Shown: positions 18,101 to 28,400, counted from the stretch's first letter. The stretch is 64,000 nt of DNA from Edaphocola sp. (GCA_965229095.1 OZ245855.1:2765931-2829930); one strand, 5' to 3'. The notes: generated by a model from the letters alone, not told the origin. A program made the numbers and translations.

Positions 18101-19972
18101 GTTAGGCGCACCGGCAAAAGTGATATACGATTCCAGGCCGGTTACGGCATTGGTCGATCCATTAGATACGCTCCACTGGAAGGTAGTACCGGACACCAAT
18201 GGTCCTGCTGTATATTTTACCGGGATACCGGCGCAGGCGCTGCTAGGTCCGCTGATCATCGTTGGTGCAGCAGGCAGGTCTTTAACGGTAATATAGTAGT
18301 CGGGAACAGGGCAGAAGGTGTTGCCCCATACGGTCAGCTTGTAGATACCTGCCTGGCTAAAGGTAGGCGTATAGGTAGCACCGGTTACAGGGCCTCCGAC
18401 AGTATTGCCATTGACATCCTGCAACGTCCAGGTACCGGAATAACCACCCAGGGTATAAGTGGCGCTCTGTCCTTTACAAACCACTTTGCTTCCGTCGATA
18501 TTGGTCTTGGGGTTTACATTGATCGTAAGCTCTTTCGCTTCTCCATCGCAGCTCAGCAGCGTATTGGTATAGCGGCAACCCAGTGTTATGTTACCGGTAC
18601 CTGTGGGCACTACCACAATTTCGTTACGCTGGTCTGTATTCATCAGGTAGCCCGATCCGCTTACAATATACCAGAACATATCGGTCGTAGGCCATTTGGG
18701 CAAACGATATACATATTCTTCTCCAACGCAGATATTGGTAGGACCCTGAATCTCGATAGTTTTGGATATTACCGGTACCGGTTCCGCAACGATCATCTCG
18801 CATTCGCGGCAGGATTTGAAGATCACATAACCAAAGCCGGTAGTCGGATCGACATGGTCCCAGGTGATAGTAACCGATTGATCTGACGCACTCTGGATAG
18901 TACCGCCAATGACATCCCAGCTACTGGACTCGCAAGGCTGGTCCGTAAAATACTCTACGGTCTCGCCTTCGCATACCACACGCGGGCAGGTAATTACTGC
19001 AGGATGTGCCTCTCTTACACGCACTTTCCGCGATGTTGTTGACGTACAGCCGCAGGAGTTGGTAACGGTAAGGGTAATTTCATACTCGCCGGCGACATCG
19101 TACTGGTGCGTGATCGGATCGTTATTCGCACCAGGAGCCTGGTTGCTTACATGACCGTCACCAAAATCCCAATGCCAGGAAACAATAGGAGATTCCGGTG
19201 TTCCTCCGGAATGATCATTGAGGACAAGTGTAGCGCCGGTACATACAGTTATAGGGTCATTATGATCAAATGGGGCATCAAATTTAGCAGAAGGTCCACG
19301 GATAATTTTCACACAGAAAGATTTGGTCGTCTTGCAACCGGATGCAGTCGTTTCGGTAACGGTAACGATACCGTCGCCGGCAGCACCCCAGTTTACAGCA
19401 CAGGAATCGCCGAAAGCAGTAAAGCCGGACGCGCCGGTTACCACCCAGCTATAAGTACTACCGGGATTGCCGTTGGCGTTATAGCTTACAGTACTGTATT
19501 CGCATACCCATTGACAATTGTCCTCTTTAAGCCGTTGGCGGCCCTCTTCTTTGGGGTCCTGGCCCAGGGGCTGACAGGCCAATTGTACGTTACTCGTAAC
19601 AACCGGCTCGGGCAGTGCGCCTACTACTACAGTTTTGGTATAAACATCGCCTACATTGGAAGTAGCGGTAACAACAACTGTGCCAGGTGTATTCCATTGT
19701 ATGGTCGCAGTGGTATAGGTCGTGGACAATATAGTGCCTGCAGTCGATGGCGATATTGTCCAGGTAAAAATAGTGGGATTATCCGGATCTATGATCCAGG
19801 TATTGGCTACATAAGTTTCTGTATTGCCCATACAAACGGGGCTGGGACCTGTGATGCCGAATATCGGGAACGGTGGTCGTCCCTCCTCTTGCGCCAGACT
19901 TACTCCGGCACATCCCAACAGCATCAGCAGGCAACAGAACAAGGATCGCCTGAATTGGTAAAATGTGTACAT
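15128..19972 (-). CDS. Giant (1614 aa) cell-surface protein with Ig-like/PKD domains and a T9SS type A C-terminal sorting domain
   Basis: Signal peptide at the N-terminus. PKD signature WHWDFGDGHVS...YDVAGEYEITLTVTNSCGC. Many Ig-like modules of about 80-90 aa contain conserved Cys. The C-terminus LKPNPAREATTVVYGF...IEVYDVVGRRLQ...GMYQVVMKENGITVQQGKLLLTR is a type A (Por) CTD. Confidence 0.9.
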   Translation of the reverse strand: MYTFYQFRRSLFCCLLMLLGCAGVSLAQEEGRPPFPIFGITGPSPVCMGNTETYVANTWIIDPDNPTIFTWTISPSTAGTILSTTYTTATIQWNTPGTVVVTATSNVGDVYTKTVVVGALPEPVVTSNVQLACQPLGQDPKEEGRQRLKEDNCQWVCEYSTVSYNANGNPGSTYSWVVTGASGFTAFGDSCAVNWGAAGDGIVTVTETTASGCKTTKSFCVKIIRGPSAKFDAPFDHNDPITVCTGATLVLNDHSGGTPESPIVSWHWDFGDGHVSNQAPGANNDPITHQYDVAGEYEITLTVTNSCGCTSTTSRKVRVREAHPAVITCPRVVCEGETVEYFTDQPCESSSWDVIGGTIQSASDQSVTITWDHVDPTTGFGYVIFKSCRECEMIVAEPVPVISKTIEIQGPTNICVGEEYVYRLPKWPTTDMFWYIVSGSGYLMNTDQRNEIVVVPTGTGNITLGCRYTNTLLSCDGEAKELTINVNPKTNIDGSKVVCKGQSATYTLGGYSGTWTLQDVNGNTVGGPVTGATYTPTFSQAGIYKLTVWGNTFCPVPDYYITVKDLPAAPTMISGPSSACAGIPVKYTAGPLVSGTTFQWSVSNGSTNAVTGLESYITFAGAPNYTVSVKRITTDAAQCASSAISMTVTDPLPALQVYGPDTVCHSTTQNYSLNYAGGDSYEWSISPANLGSVINPNAGMWGGGSGSIISVLWNVPPGQGATATLYVKVKKCNTYRTDSIKVFVRGVPTVMAKLRSGLSDTTVCSGSPITLQLVPSYPVTSATSVSWEWGNGTEVFNGPAFATLYGHVYNTTGSSSQATFHPVVTIKDPNGCLGTVTAAGPTIYVKPAPVAYVSPEGPIAHCGAFTQQLTATITNGIGGSNTFAWTPAAPNSPVITTSNLGFYSVVVSNSNGCSSTSNIVQIKNGCPKAPCGPGISPAIVLTGSNNCGNINVHAAVSGPVMSYEWIYPASTTLVGAPTATNLNASFTQAGNYQFDYMAYYRNNAGDTCVVDSAIIVLVPYMADMRYEIACNQTGGNYKVTLADRSSLYPGITLNQTYYNSSWVNLGSGLSASTNVAGGTTNTYYMVIRDAAMLHPACTTSVTITLPQFPVAAFDTYDDPVGCVGNAFNFWNNSTGDNLSYLWNYGTAQSQGYTGGVVYTTPYINSPVTLTVTDKYGCTSSQSKLITANANPYTGTVSASPNQVCQGTAVNLAYVPATGGFPTNSYTWYRENAAVYSAMAPTSSYAVMDPGGYWIKAIGIYGCIAKTNTVAVEIKQVPAASITGNTKQCANVPFTLRTDSVAGATYVWAAPGMLIPTSVPRLEQNIGTPGNYNYTVTVTLNGCSRTSGVFPLTVNSTPASPVVSVDIACDPYRVFLTASGPAEGTYNWSNGGYGSAIETYQGGSYQVVYTDTNGCKSDLSTINVPKDPATYLWIFPKGCFCGLRLGKTYMIGPIVPFQEWAWLEDGNVSVSGNGMMPPYYPTPGHTYNMLLDNGYCKVESDPMYIDNEGCGRPIENRPSAELSLIRTGLSAGSMMQLKPNPAREATTVVYGFTQGSRDRYIEVYDVVGRRLQVHTVTADRGELVLPMSQYGAGMYQVVMKENGITVQQGKLLLTR

Positions 19973-20496
19973 GATTAATAATGCTTGGTTTTACTTTTCA
20001 AAAAAAATCGTTAGATTATAGTGTCAGTCGTCCGTCGTTTAAGGCGGACGTGTAACATGATCTGCACGGTTTTTCGCCGGCAAAGCGTTGGAGCAAGGTG
20101 GGCTTCGGGGCCGGCCGGGATCAGGGTTGCTGCCCAGTATATTGCCCGTGGTCTCAAAAGTTTTTATAGATAACATGAAAATGCTGCAAATCTGTTGCCC
20201 TGGTCGTAATAGACCATGAGCGTATAAACGGCAATCGCCAATTCCCTCCGGGTATGGCATACGTCCGGAGGATAGCGTTATGCCTACCGCGACCGGCTGT
20301 AAAATGACAAACCCTTAGTTTCAGTCAAACATGATGGATACGGCCTTTCGATACCGGATATCCGGGGACAATAAAATACGTAGCAGGACCACCGACAGGT
20401 AATACTTCAGGAAATAAATATGGCTTGTATTGATCATTGCTCCTCCCGGAATAGCTAAGCTGTCTCCCGGCAGAAAGCGTTATTGAGTACCGCCTT

Positions 20497-20697
20497 TTAC
20501 GACAGATACCAACCAGGCAGTGAATGAAATCTTGATAGCATCGCTCTCCGGGTGCAGTTCATAGGAAAGGGGCAAGGGGAGATTGCCGAACTATCTTCCT
20601 GGCCGCCCTGTAACTGTTGCAGTTCATAGCGAGGCAGGCTACTGATCCTGTCCTTTATCATAGACAGATGTATCAGGTTGACTTTGCTTTTATTCAT
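20497..20697 (-). CDS. Candidate GG-leader peptide (RiPP or bacteriocin-type precursor)
   Basis: MNKSKVNLIHLSMIKDRISSLPRYELQQLQGG followed by a 34-aa core (QEDSSAISPCPFPMNCTRRAMLSRFHSLPGWYLS). The leader follows the Bacteroidota GG-motif pattern. A near-consensus -7 box CATATTTG (20717-20724, minus strand) lies about 20 nt upstream. Confidence 0.4.
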   Translation of the reverse strand: MNKSKVNLIHLSMIKDRISSLPRYELQQLQGGQEDSSAISPCPFPMNCTRRAMLSRFHSLPGWYLS

Positions 20698-21104
20698 TGT
20701 TTTGTGTTTGGGAAGGCAAATATGGATTAATCCCGGCCACCCCCCATCCCGTTTTTATTAAGTATGCCTATTCCTTCAACAAACGGGATGTATATTTTAA
20801 ATAAACATACTTTATGTAGTACAAAGAGGAAGTATCGGGTGATGCATGTCTGACAGATATTCCGCCAAAACAGACCAGGTTAAATTAGGTCTATCTACCC
20901 AAACTGGAAATACATGGAAAATGATGTTCTGGAGAAGATAAGAAAGTAGTGTCAGCTTAATGCCAGGATATACTACTAAAAAAAGCTCCGGTATCCGACT
21001 GTAAACATTATTTTATTTTATTTGTTTTTCTACCATCACGGAAGTAGTGCAAGCATAATTTTCCGTGATACGTTTTATCCGATACCCATTAAAATATAAA
21101 CACA

Positions 21105-21956
21105 ATGAACAATGCATTTTATGGGGAACAAGCCACTCGCACAAAAAAGGTCTTCCCGTCAACTCGCCGCTGTATCCTGAACAGGGTACTTCTTTTAAGT
21201 TTCCTCAGCTTATGTTCGCTCGCCGTCCGCGCACAGCAAAACAACACTAATTATACGGACAATACCGTCGACTACGATACCTCCGGAGTAACTGTTCAAT
21301 CAGAACAAGCCCCTCCGCCGCTACCGGATTATGTACAACCGCCCTGCCCGGCTGATGGGTACATCTGGACACCCGGTTACTGGTCCTGGGCTACCGGCGG
21401 TTACTATTGGGTACCTGGGGTATGGATAATGCCGCCTGCCATAGGCCTGCTGTGGACACCCGGTTATTGGGGCTTCTTCGGTGGTTTTTATCGCTGGCAT
21501 CATGGCTATTGGGGAAGCAACATCGGCTATTATGGCGGGATCAATTACGGATTCGGTTATTACGGAAGCGGCTTTTGTGGTGGCCGTTGGGAAGGCGGGC
21601 ATTTTATGTACAATACCGCGGTATGGCGCGTGAACAACAATATCCGCAACACTTACGCAAGCAGAGACGGCATAATAGCAGGCAAAAACCGGACCAGCTT
21701 CAATGGCGCTAACGGCGTCCGGTACCGCCCTAATAATGACGAGCGTGCCGCTATACGCCAGGAAAGGGTAAATGCCAGCAGGGAACAGGTAGAACACGAA
21801 CGGACTATGTCCGGCGAACAAGGACAATTTCATGGCAATAATCCGAGACCTGCTGTGCACAGCATGAGTATGCCGGGAGGAATGCGGTTCGATGCCCGCG
21901 GGCGTGGCATGGGAATGGGCGGCATGCGCGGTGGCGGTGGCGGCAGAAGAAAATAG
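21105..21956 (+). CDS. YXWGXW-repeat secreted protein with a Gly/Arg/Met-rich tail
   Basis: A signal peptide is followed by GYIWTPGYWSWATGGYYWVPGVWIMPP, LWTPGYWGFFGGFYRWHHGYWG and GYYG repeats. The C-terminus is RGRGMGMGGMRGGGGGRRK. The long antisense ORFs here are shadows. Confidence 0.8.
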   Translation: MNNAFYGEQATRTKKVFPSTRRCILNRVLLLSFLSLCSLAVRAQQNNTNYTDNTVDYDTSGVTVQSEQAPPPLPDYVQPPCPADGYIWTPGYWSWATGGYYWVPGVWIMPPAIGLLWTPGYWGFFGGFYRWHHGYWGSNIGYYGGINYGFGYYGSGFCGGRWEGGHFMYNTAVWRVNNNIRNTYASRDGIIAGKNRTSFNGANGVRYRPNNDERAAIRQERVNASREQVEHERTMSGEQGQFHGNNPRPAVHSMSMPGGMRFDARGRGMGMGGMRGGGGGRRK

Positions 21957-22053
21957 ATGAGCTTGGTCGGACACTGTTCCATACAACCCGGTGAATATCC
22001 CGAACCAGGGAACGAGTGAAACGCAAACATTACCGGCTATCCCGGTCAAAAAG

Positions 22054-22096
22054 AAACAGGGACTATCTCCACAAAAGTGAGGGATAGTCCCTGTTT
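22054..22096. terminator. Hairpin terminator between convergent genes
   Basis: 14-bp perfect stem, aaacagggactatc / gatagtccctgttt, with a 15-nt loop, followed by TTTTCTTCTC on the + strand. Confidence 0.6.
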
Positions 22097-22223
22097 TCTT
22101 CTCTGCATCTGCTATTCAGCATGTGACACCTCCCGGCCTGCCCTTATCCTTACAGCGGTACCCCTGTTTATGATAAAACATCTTATAACCCGGTGAGATA
22201 AAGCGGTACGGGAAGGTAAAGGA

Positions 22224-25200
22224 TCACCCAATATCCTGCTCCTTGCCCTTATTATGCGCTTCGCGCGCCTGGGCTATATCGTATTCCAGTTCCGGATCGA
22301 TACTTTGGGCTTCCACCTTTCTTTCCTTTTCCATCAACAAATCGTGATGTTCGCGAAGCCATGCCAGTTTCTTTTTCCCGTAACTCAACCTCGTGAAGAG
22401 CACGAATAGAACAGGGACAATAAAGATGGCCATACAGGATGAAGCTACCATACCTCCCTGCACGGTAACGCCGATGGTTTTACGGGATTGGGCCCCGGCC
22501 CCGGAGGCAAGCACCATAGGCATTACGCCTAATATAAAAGCAAGCGAGGTCATGATAATAGGCCGTAAGCGTAGCTTGACCGCTTCAATGGTAGACTGGA
22601 CCAGGTCTTCGCCCCGGTCAACACGTATTTTGGCAAACTCCACGATCAATATCGCATTCTTCGCCGACAACCCGATCAAGGTGATCAGCCCGATCTGGGC
22701 ATATACGTTATTGGATAATGCCGGCGTTGTGGTAAGGGCGAAAATAGCGCCGAATGCGCTGATCGGTACGGCAAGCATGACAGAGAAAGGTACGGACCAG
22801 CTTTCGTACAGTGCAGCCAGGAAAAGAAAAACGAAGATAATAGAGAAAAGAAAAATATAGACCGTCATGGAGCCCGCTTTTATCTCCTGGTAGCTCAGGC
22901 CCGAGAATTCGTAAGTATATCCCCTGGGCAACTCCTTTGCCGCTACCCGTTTCAGGGTTTCAATACTCTGTCCTGTGCTATAGCCGGGAGGCGTAGAGCC
23001 ATCGACTTCGGCCGAGCGGAAGATGTTGAAATGCGTAATCAACGGCGCCGTGGAAATGGGTTTATAATTGACAAGTGTGCTCAGGGGGAGCATTTCCCCG
23101 GCGGTATTGCGCACATAGTATTTGTCCAGATCGGAGATCAGTGCGCGGGAAGCGGTGTCGGATTGCACTATTGCCCGGTAGGTGCGATTATACAATGTAA
23201 AATTACCGACCAGCCGACTACTCATATAGCCTTGCAGGGTATTGAATACATCGGCTACATTAACGCCCAGCTTCTGGCATTTTTCACGATCCAGGGAAAG
23301 CTCGTAAGCCGGCGTATGTGCCGCATAATTGCAATATGCCGTTGCCGTAGCGGGCTCCTTCTTTAAGGCTGCAACGAATTTATTCATTACAGTTTCAAAT
23401 TCATGAATATCGTCGCTGGTATTGCCCTGCTCCACTTGCATGCTAAAGCCGGCAGCCGTCCCCAGCCCCCTTATCGCCGGCGAAGCATTTACTGTAATAT
23501 TAGCGTTCTTGATCCCTGCCGCTGCTATCCTCTTTTTGATGACGTTCATGATTCCCGGAATTTGCGTCTCCGGGGTTCTCCGTTGATCCCAGGGCTTCAA
23601 CATGCAGAATATACTGGCCCCGTTGGAAGTAGCGCCGCCGCTCAGTACATTCATTCCAGAAATGGCATTGTAATGCAATACCCCGGGTGTTTCGCCCACT
23701 ACTTTCATGGCCTTTTGCAATAACTCCTCCGTTTGTGTTGTAGCGCTGCCTTCCGGCAACTGGATACCGATCATTACCCTTCCCCCGTCTTCCGAAGGAA
23801 TAAATCCCGTAGGCTTGGCTTTGAAAAGGAATATCGCCCCAAAGCATATGCAAGCCAGCATGACGACTACAAGCTTCGACTTCCGGATGCAATACTTAAC
23901 CCCATTGGCATATTTGCCCGTGATTTTTTCGAACCAATTGTTGAATCGAAAAAAAATCCTGTTTACGCTTTTCGACTTTTGATCGATATGCGAAGGCCGG
24001 AGCAGCAAAGTGCATAAGGCCGGCGTAAGGGACAAGGCAATAAAAGCAGAGAGCATTACGGATATGGCAATAGTAATCGCAAATTGCTGGTACAGCTTCC
24101 CGGTAATGCCGGGTATAAAGCCAACAGGAACGAAGACTGAGGCAAGAATAAGGGCAATGGCTACCACCGGGGCCGATATCTCTTTCATGGCACGGTAAGT
24201 GGCCTCCTTGGGCGACATCTGCTCATGGTCTATAAAATGCTGCACCGCTTCTACAACGATAATAGCATCGTCGACCACGATGCCTATCGCAAGTACGAAT
24301 CCGAACAGGGTAAGTGTATTGATCGTAAAGCCCAGCGGGATAAATAAAATGAAGGTGCTGATAATAGACACCGGTATGGCAATAATAGGAATAAGCGCGG
24401 AGCGCCAGTTCTGCAGAAACAGGAACACAACGATTACGACAAGGCCCAATGCTTCGAACAGGGTCTTTACCACCTCGCTTATAGAAACCTGGATGATGGT
24501 TACGTTCTCAAATGGTATGGAATAATCCACATCGGGCGGGAACGTTTTCTTGAGCTCGGCCAGGGCTGCATAAACGTTCTCTGCCGTTTGCAAGGCATTG
24601 CTGGTCGGAGATTGATAAACCATAACTGTAGTGGCCGGCTTACCGTCGGCAAAGCCCTTATTACCATAATTGAATTTGCCCAGCTCTACCCTGGCAATAT
24701 CCTTCAGGCGGATCATCTCGCCGGTAGCCGGTACCGACTTGACGATTACGTTCTCATACTCCTCCGGCTTGCTGAGCAGGCTATTGACAATAATCGTGTA
24801 TTCGTTGGCTTGCGTTGCGGGCTGAGGAGGCGCGCCCACTGCACCTCCTGCTATATACATGTTTTGCCTTTGCAAAGCTGTTATTACATCGGAAGGCATT
24901 AAGCTATAGGATGCCATTTTCTTGGGGGCCATCCAGATACGCATGCTGAAAGGGTTGCCACGGGATTGCACATCGCCTACTCCCGGCACGCGCAGCAATG
25001 CGTCTACAAGATAGGTATTGGTATAATTATCTAGGAAAGTGATACCATGCGTTCCATTGGGCGAATAGATGGCGATATTCATGAGCTGGTCCGGGTTACG
25101 CGCCCGTACGGTTACACCCAATTGTCCTACAACCGAAGGTAAAATAGGAGCGGCAAGCCCCACCCGGTTCTGCACGTTGAGGGTAGCCACATTTACATTG

Positions 25201-25496
25201 GTACCTACATCGAAGGTGACACTGATACTTGAGGAACCCGTTTGTGTATTGGTACTCTGCATATACATCATTCCCGGCACGCCGTTTACCTGCTCTTCTA
25301 TAGGAATGGTTACCGTTTGCTCGACCGTTTGCGCATCGGCCCCGGTATAGTTGGCCGAGATCCCGACGCCTGGCGGTGTAATTTTGGGGAATTGGTCCAA
25401 TGGCAGATTCACCATGCAAATAAGGCCCGCGATCGTCAGCACGATAGATATGACAATCGCAGTAACCGGCCTTTTTATGAATGTGCTGGCGATCAT
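22224..25496 (-). CDS. RND (HAE1, AcrB/MdtC-like) efflux permease, distal paralog
   Basis: 1090 aa. MIASTFIKRPVTAIV N-terminus, 12-TM/2-loop architecture and GIVVDDAIIVVE motif. It overlaps the upstream pump gene by 4 nt (25493-25496). Confidence 0.95.
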   Translation of the reverse strand: MIASTFIKRPVTAIVISIVLTIAGLICMVNLPLDQFPKITPPGVGISANYTGADAQTVEQTVTIPIEEQVNGVPGMMYMQSTNTQTGSSSISVTFDVGTNVNVATLNVQNRVGLAAPILPSVVGQLGVTVRARNPDQLMNIAIYSPNGTHGITFLDNYTNTYLVDALLRVPGVGDVQSRGNPFSMRIWMAPKKMASYSLMPSDVITALQRQNMYIAGGAVGAPPQPATQANEYTIIVNSLLSKPEEYENVIVKSVPATGEMIRLKDIARVELGKFNYGNKGFADGKPATTVMVYQSPTSNALQTAENVYAALAELKKTFPPDVDYSIPFENVTIIQVSISEVVKTLFEALGLVVIVVFLFLQNWRSALIPIIAIPVSIISTFILFIPLGFTINTLTLFGFVLAIGIVVDDAIIVVEAVQHFIDHEQMSPKEATYRAMKEISAPVVAIALILASVFVPVGFIPGITGKLYQQFAITIAISVMLSAFIALSLTPALCTLLLRPSHIDQKSKSVNRIFFRFNNWFEKITGKYANGVKYCIRKSKLVVVMLACICFGAIFLFKAKPTGFIPSEDGGRVMIGIQLPEGSATTQTEELLQKAMKVVGETPGVLHYNAISGMNVLSGGATSNGASIFCMLKPWDQRRTPETQIPGIMNVIKKRIAAAGIKNANITVNASPAIRGLGTAAGFSMQVEQGNTSDDIHEFETVMNKFVAALKKEPATATAYCNYAAHTPAYELSLDREKCQKLGVNVADVFNTLQGYMSSRLVGNFTLYNRTYRAIVQSDTASRALISDLDKYYVRNTAGEMLPLSTLVNYKPISTAPLITHFNIFRSAEVDGSTPPGYSTGQSIETLKRVAAKELPRGYTYEFSGLSYQEIKAGSMTVYIFLFSIIFVFLFLAALYESWSVPFSVMLAVPISAFGAIFALTTTPALSNNVYAQIGLITLIGLSAKNAILIVEFAKIRVDRGEDLVQSTIEAVKLRLRPIIMTSLAFILGVMPMVLASGAGAQSRKTIGVTVQGGMVASSCMAIFIVPVLFVLFTRLSYGKKKLAWLREHHDLLMEKERKVEAQSIDPELEYDIAQAREAHNKGKEQDIG

Positions 25497-28400
25497 CCGT
25501 TTCCAGGTTTATTAAAATCACGGGACCTTTGTATTTCAAATTCCAGCTCGGCATCAATACTCTGTTGCTCCACCTTCCGGGCTTTCTCCATCAGGCTTTC
25601 ATGATGTTCCCGAAGCCAGGCCAGCTTCTTTTTGCCATAGGATAATCTTGTGATGGCCACAAACAAAACAGGCACAATGAAGATGGCTATGGTAGAAGCG
25701 GTTATCATACCGCCCAGCACCGTAAAACCGATGGTCCTGCGGGAAATGGCCCCCGCACCTGTCGCCAGTACCAATGGCATTACGCCCAAGATGAAGGCCA
25801 TGGAGGTCATCACGATCGGGCGAAGGCGTAGTCCTACTGCTTCCAGCGTTGATTGTATCAGGTCCTCTCCCCTGTCTACACGCACCTTGGCAAATTCCAC
25901 GATCAGGATAGCGTTCTTTGCTGCAAGGCCGATCAAGGTTATCATACCGATTTGCGCATAGACGTTGTTGGTAAGGCTGGGCACAAAGAATAAGGTTAGA
26001 ATGGCCCCAAAAACGCCAATAGGCACAGCAAGCAACACCGAAAAGGGCACCGACCAGCTTTCATACAATGCAGACAGAAAAAGAAAGACGAAGGTGATAG
26101 AGAAGATAAAAATGTAAACAGTAGTAGAACCTGCCTTGATTTCCTCATGGCTCAGGCCCGAAAATTCATAGGCATAACCTTGAGGCAGTACTTTCGCAGC
26201 TACATCTTTCAACGCCTCAATCGTTTGTGTAGTGCTGTATCCTGCGGCAGAAGTACCATTAATTTCCGCAGAACGAAAAATATTGAAATGAGAAATCAAG
26301 GGCGACGTTTCTATCGGCCTGTAGCTGATCAGCGTACCCAATGGCAACATTTGCCCGGCCTGGTTGCGGACATAATATTTATTCATATCGGTGATCACAT
26401 TGCGAAAAGCAGTATCGGCTTGTACTACCACATGAAAGGTACGGTTGTATGCGGTAAAGTCGTTAATATACATACTACCCATAAAGGCCTGTATCGTAGT
26501 GAATACATCCCCTACATCAACACCTAATTTTTCGCATTTTTCACGATCGACAGTAACGCTGAAACTGGGCGTATGCGCATTGTAGAAACTGTAAGCGCCC
26601 GATATGGCCGGGTTTTTATTGGCCTCTGCTATAAACTTGTTTACTACGCCTTCAAAAGCCTGCAGATCATCATTGGTGCTTCGTTGCTCTATCTGGAAAC
26701 TAAAACCTACCGTTGCGCCTACACCTGGCAATGGCGAGGGCTGTACAACTTCTACATTGGCATCGTGGATGCCTGCCGACGTAATCCTCTTGCGTAATTC
26801 CGCAATGATGCCCGGTACTTGTTCGCTTTTCCGGCTCCGTTGATCCCAGGGATCGAGCTGTAGATATATGGTCCCGCAGTTGGAATTGGATGCATTATTA
26901 ATTACGTTCAATCCCGACAATGCCGCGTAATGGCCTACACCCGGGGTGGCTGCCACCACCTTCATCAGCTTGTTCATTACCTGCACCGACCGCGTGGTCG
27001 AAGATGCAGGCGGCAATTGAAAAGTAACATACAAATTGCCGTCGTCTTCAGAAGGGATAAAGCCGGAAGGCTTATACATGAACAAATATATCGCCGAAAT
27101 GCATATCAGGATCAATAAGACAACAATATACCGCACACCCTTAATGCTTCTGTCCACACCCCTTACATAGCTCCGGGTAATACGATCAAACCATGCATTG
27201 AACCTGGTGAATAACCGCTTCAGCCTTGTTTCTTTTTTGTTTTGATCCGTGGGTTTCAGCAATAAAGTACAGAGGGCAGGAGTAAGTGATAATGCAACAA
27301 ATGCGGAAATGACGACAGAGATCGCAATGGTAATCGCAAACTGCTGGTACAGCCGCCCTACAATACCGGGAATGAACCCGACAGGTACAAATACCGCCGC
27401 CAGTATAAGCGCAATGGCCACTACCGGCGCCGAAATATCCTTCATGGCATAATAGGTGGCCTCTTTGGGCGACATACCTTTCTCGTCCATGTAGTGCTGT
27501 ACGGCTTCTACCACGATGATCGCATCGTCCACCACGATACCAATGGCCAATACAAAGCCAAACATGGTAAGTGTATTGATCGTAAAGCCAAGCGGGATGA
27601 AAAAGCAAAAGGTACCGAAAATGGATACGGGAATAGCCAGTACAGGAATAAGCGTCGACCGGAAATTCTGGAGGAATATAAACACCACCACTGCCACCAG
27701 CGCCAGTGTCATTAGTAAAGTAACCACCACATCGCTCATGGAAACTTTAACTACGGTAACGGACTCGAAAGGTACTTTATACGCTACATCCGACGGAAAA
27801 AACTGCTTTAGTTGTTCCAGTTCCTTATAAATGCCTTCAGCCGTTTTCAGGGCATTGCTGCCCGGAGCCTGGTAAATGCGCAAGTAGGATGCACGATGTC
27901 CATCCACGAAGGAATTGCTGGAAAAGCTGAACTTGCCCAGCTCCACCCTGGCTACATCTTTGAGGTAAACCAATGCACCGGTCGAAGGGGTAGTTTTGAT
28001 GATAATATTCTCAAATTCCGAAACCTTGCTCAGCCGTCCGTTGACCAAGATACCCAGCTCAAAGGTCTGGGCCTTGGATTGAGGCGGTACACCTGCAGAG
28101 CCAGCTGCAACCTGCACATTCTGGGCATTTAAAGCGTTAATGATGTCCTGGGGCGTGATGCTGTACGAGGCCATTTTATCCGGGTTCATCCATACCCGCA
28201 TACTGAAATTATCGGCGAAGCTGTTGATCGTACCCACACCCGGCACACGCAGCAAAGCATCCTGGATAAATATATTGGTGTAGTTATCCAGAAAAGTAAT
28301 ATCATGCGTGCTGTTGGGTGAATAGATAGCGACCATCATCAGCATGCTCGGATTCACCGCGCGAACAGTAAGCCCGAGCCGGGTAGCAGCACTCGGTATC

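Noticed and set aside
20039-20260. 73-aa minus ORF in the long gap upstream of the giant adhesin
   Set aside because: Its composition is Pro/Arg/Gly-rich, it has no motifs or signal peptide, and it overlaps hairpins. It is more likely non-coding UTR or regulatory sequence.
21321-22049. 242-aa minus ORF opposite the YXWGXW gene
   Set aside because: The + frame has a signal peptide and clear aromatic repeats. The minus frame is low-complexity (A/H/S/P-rich), so it is a shadow.
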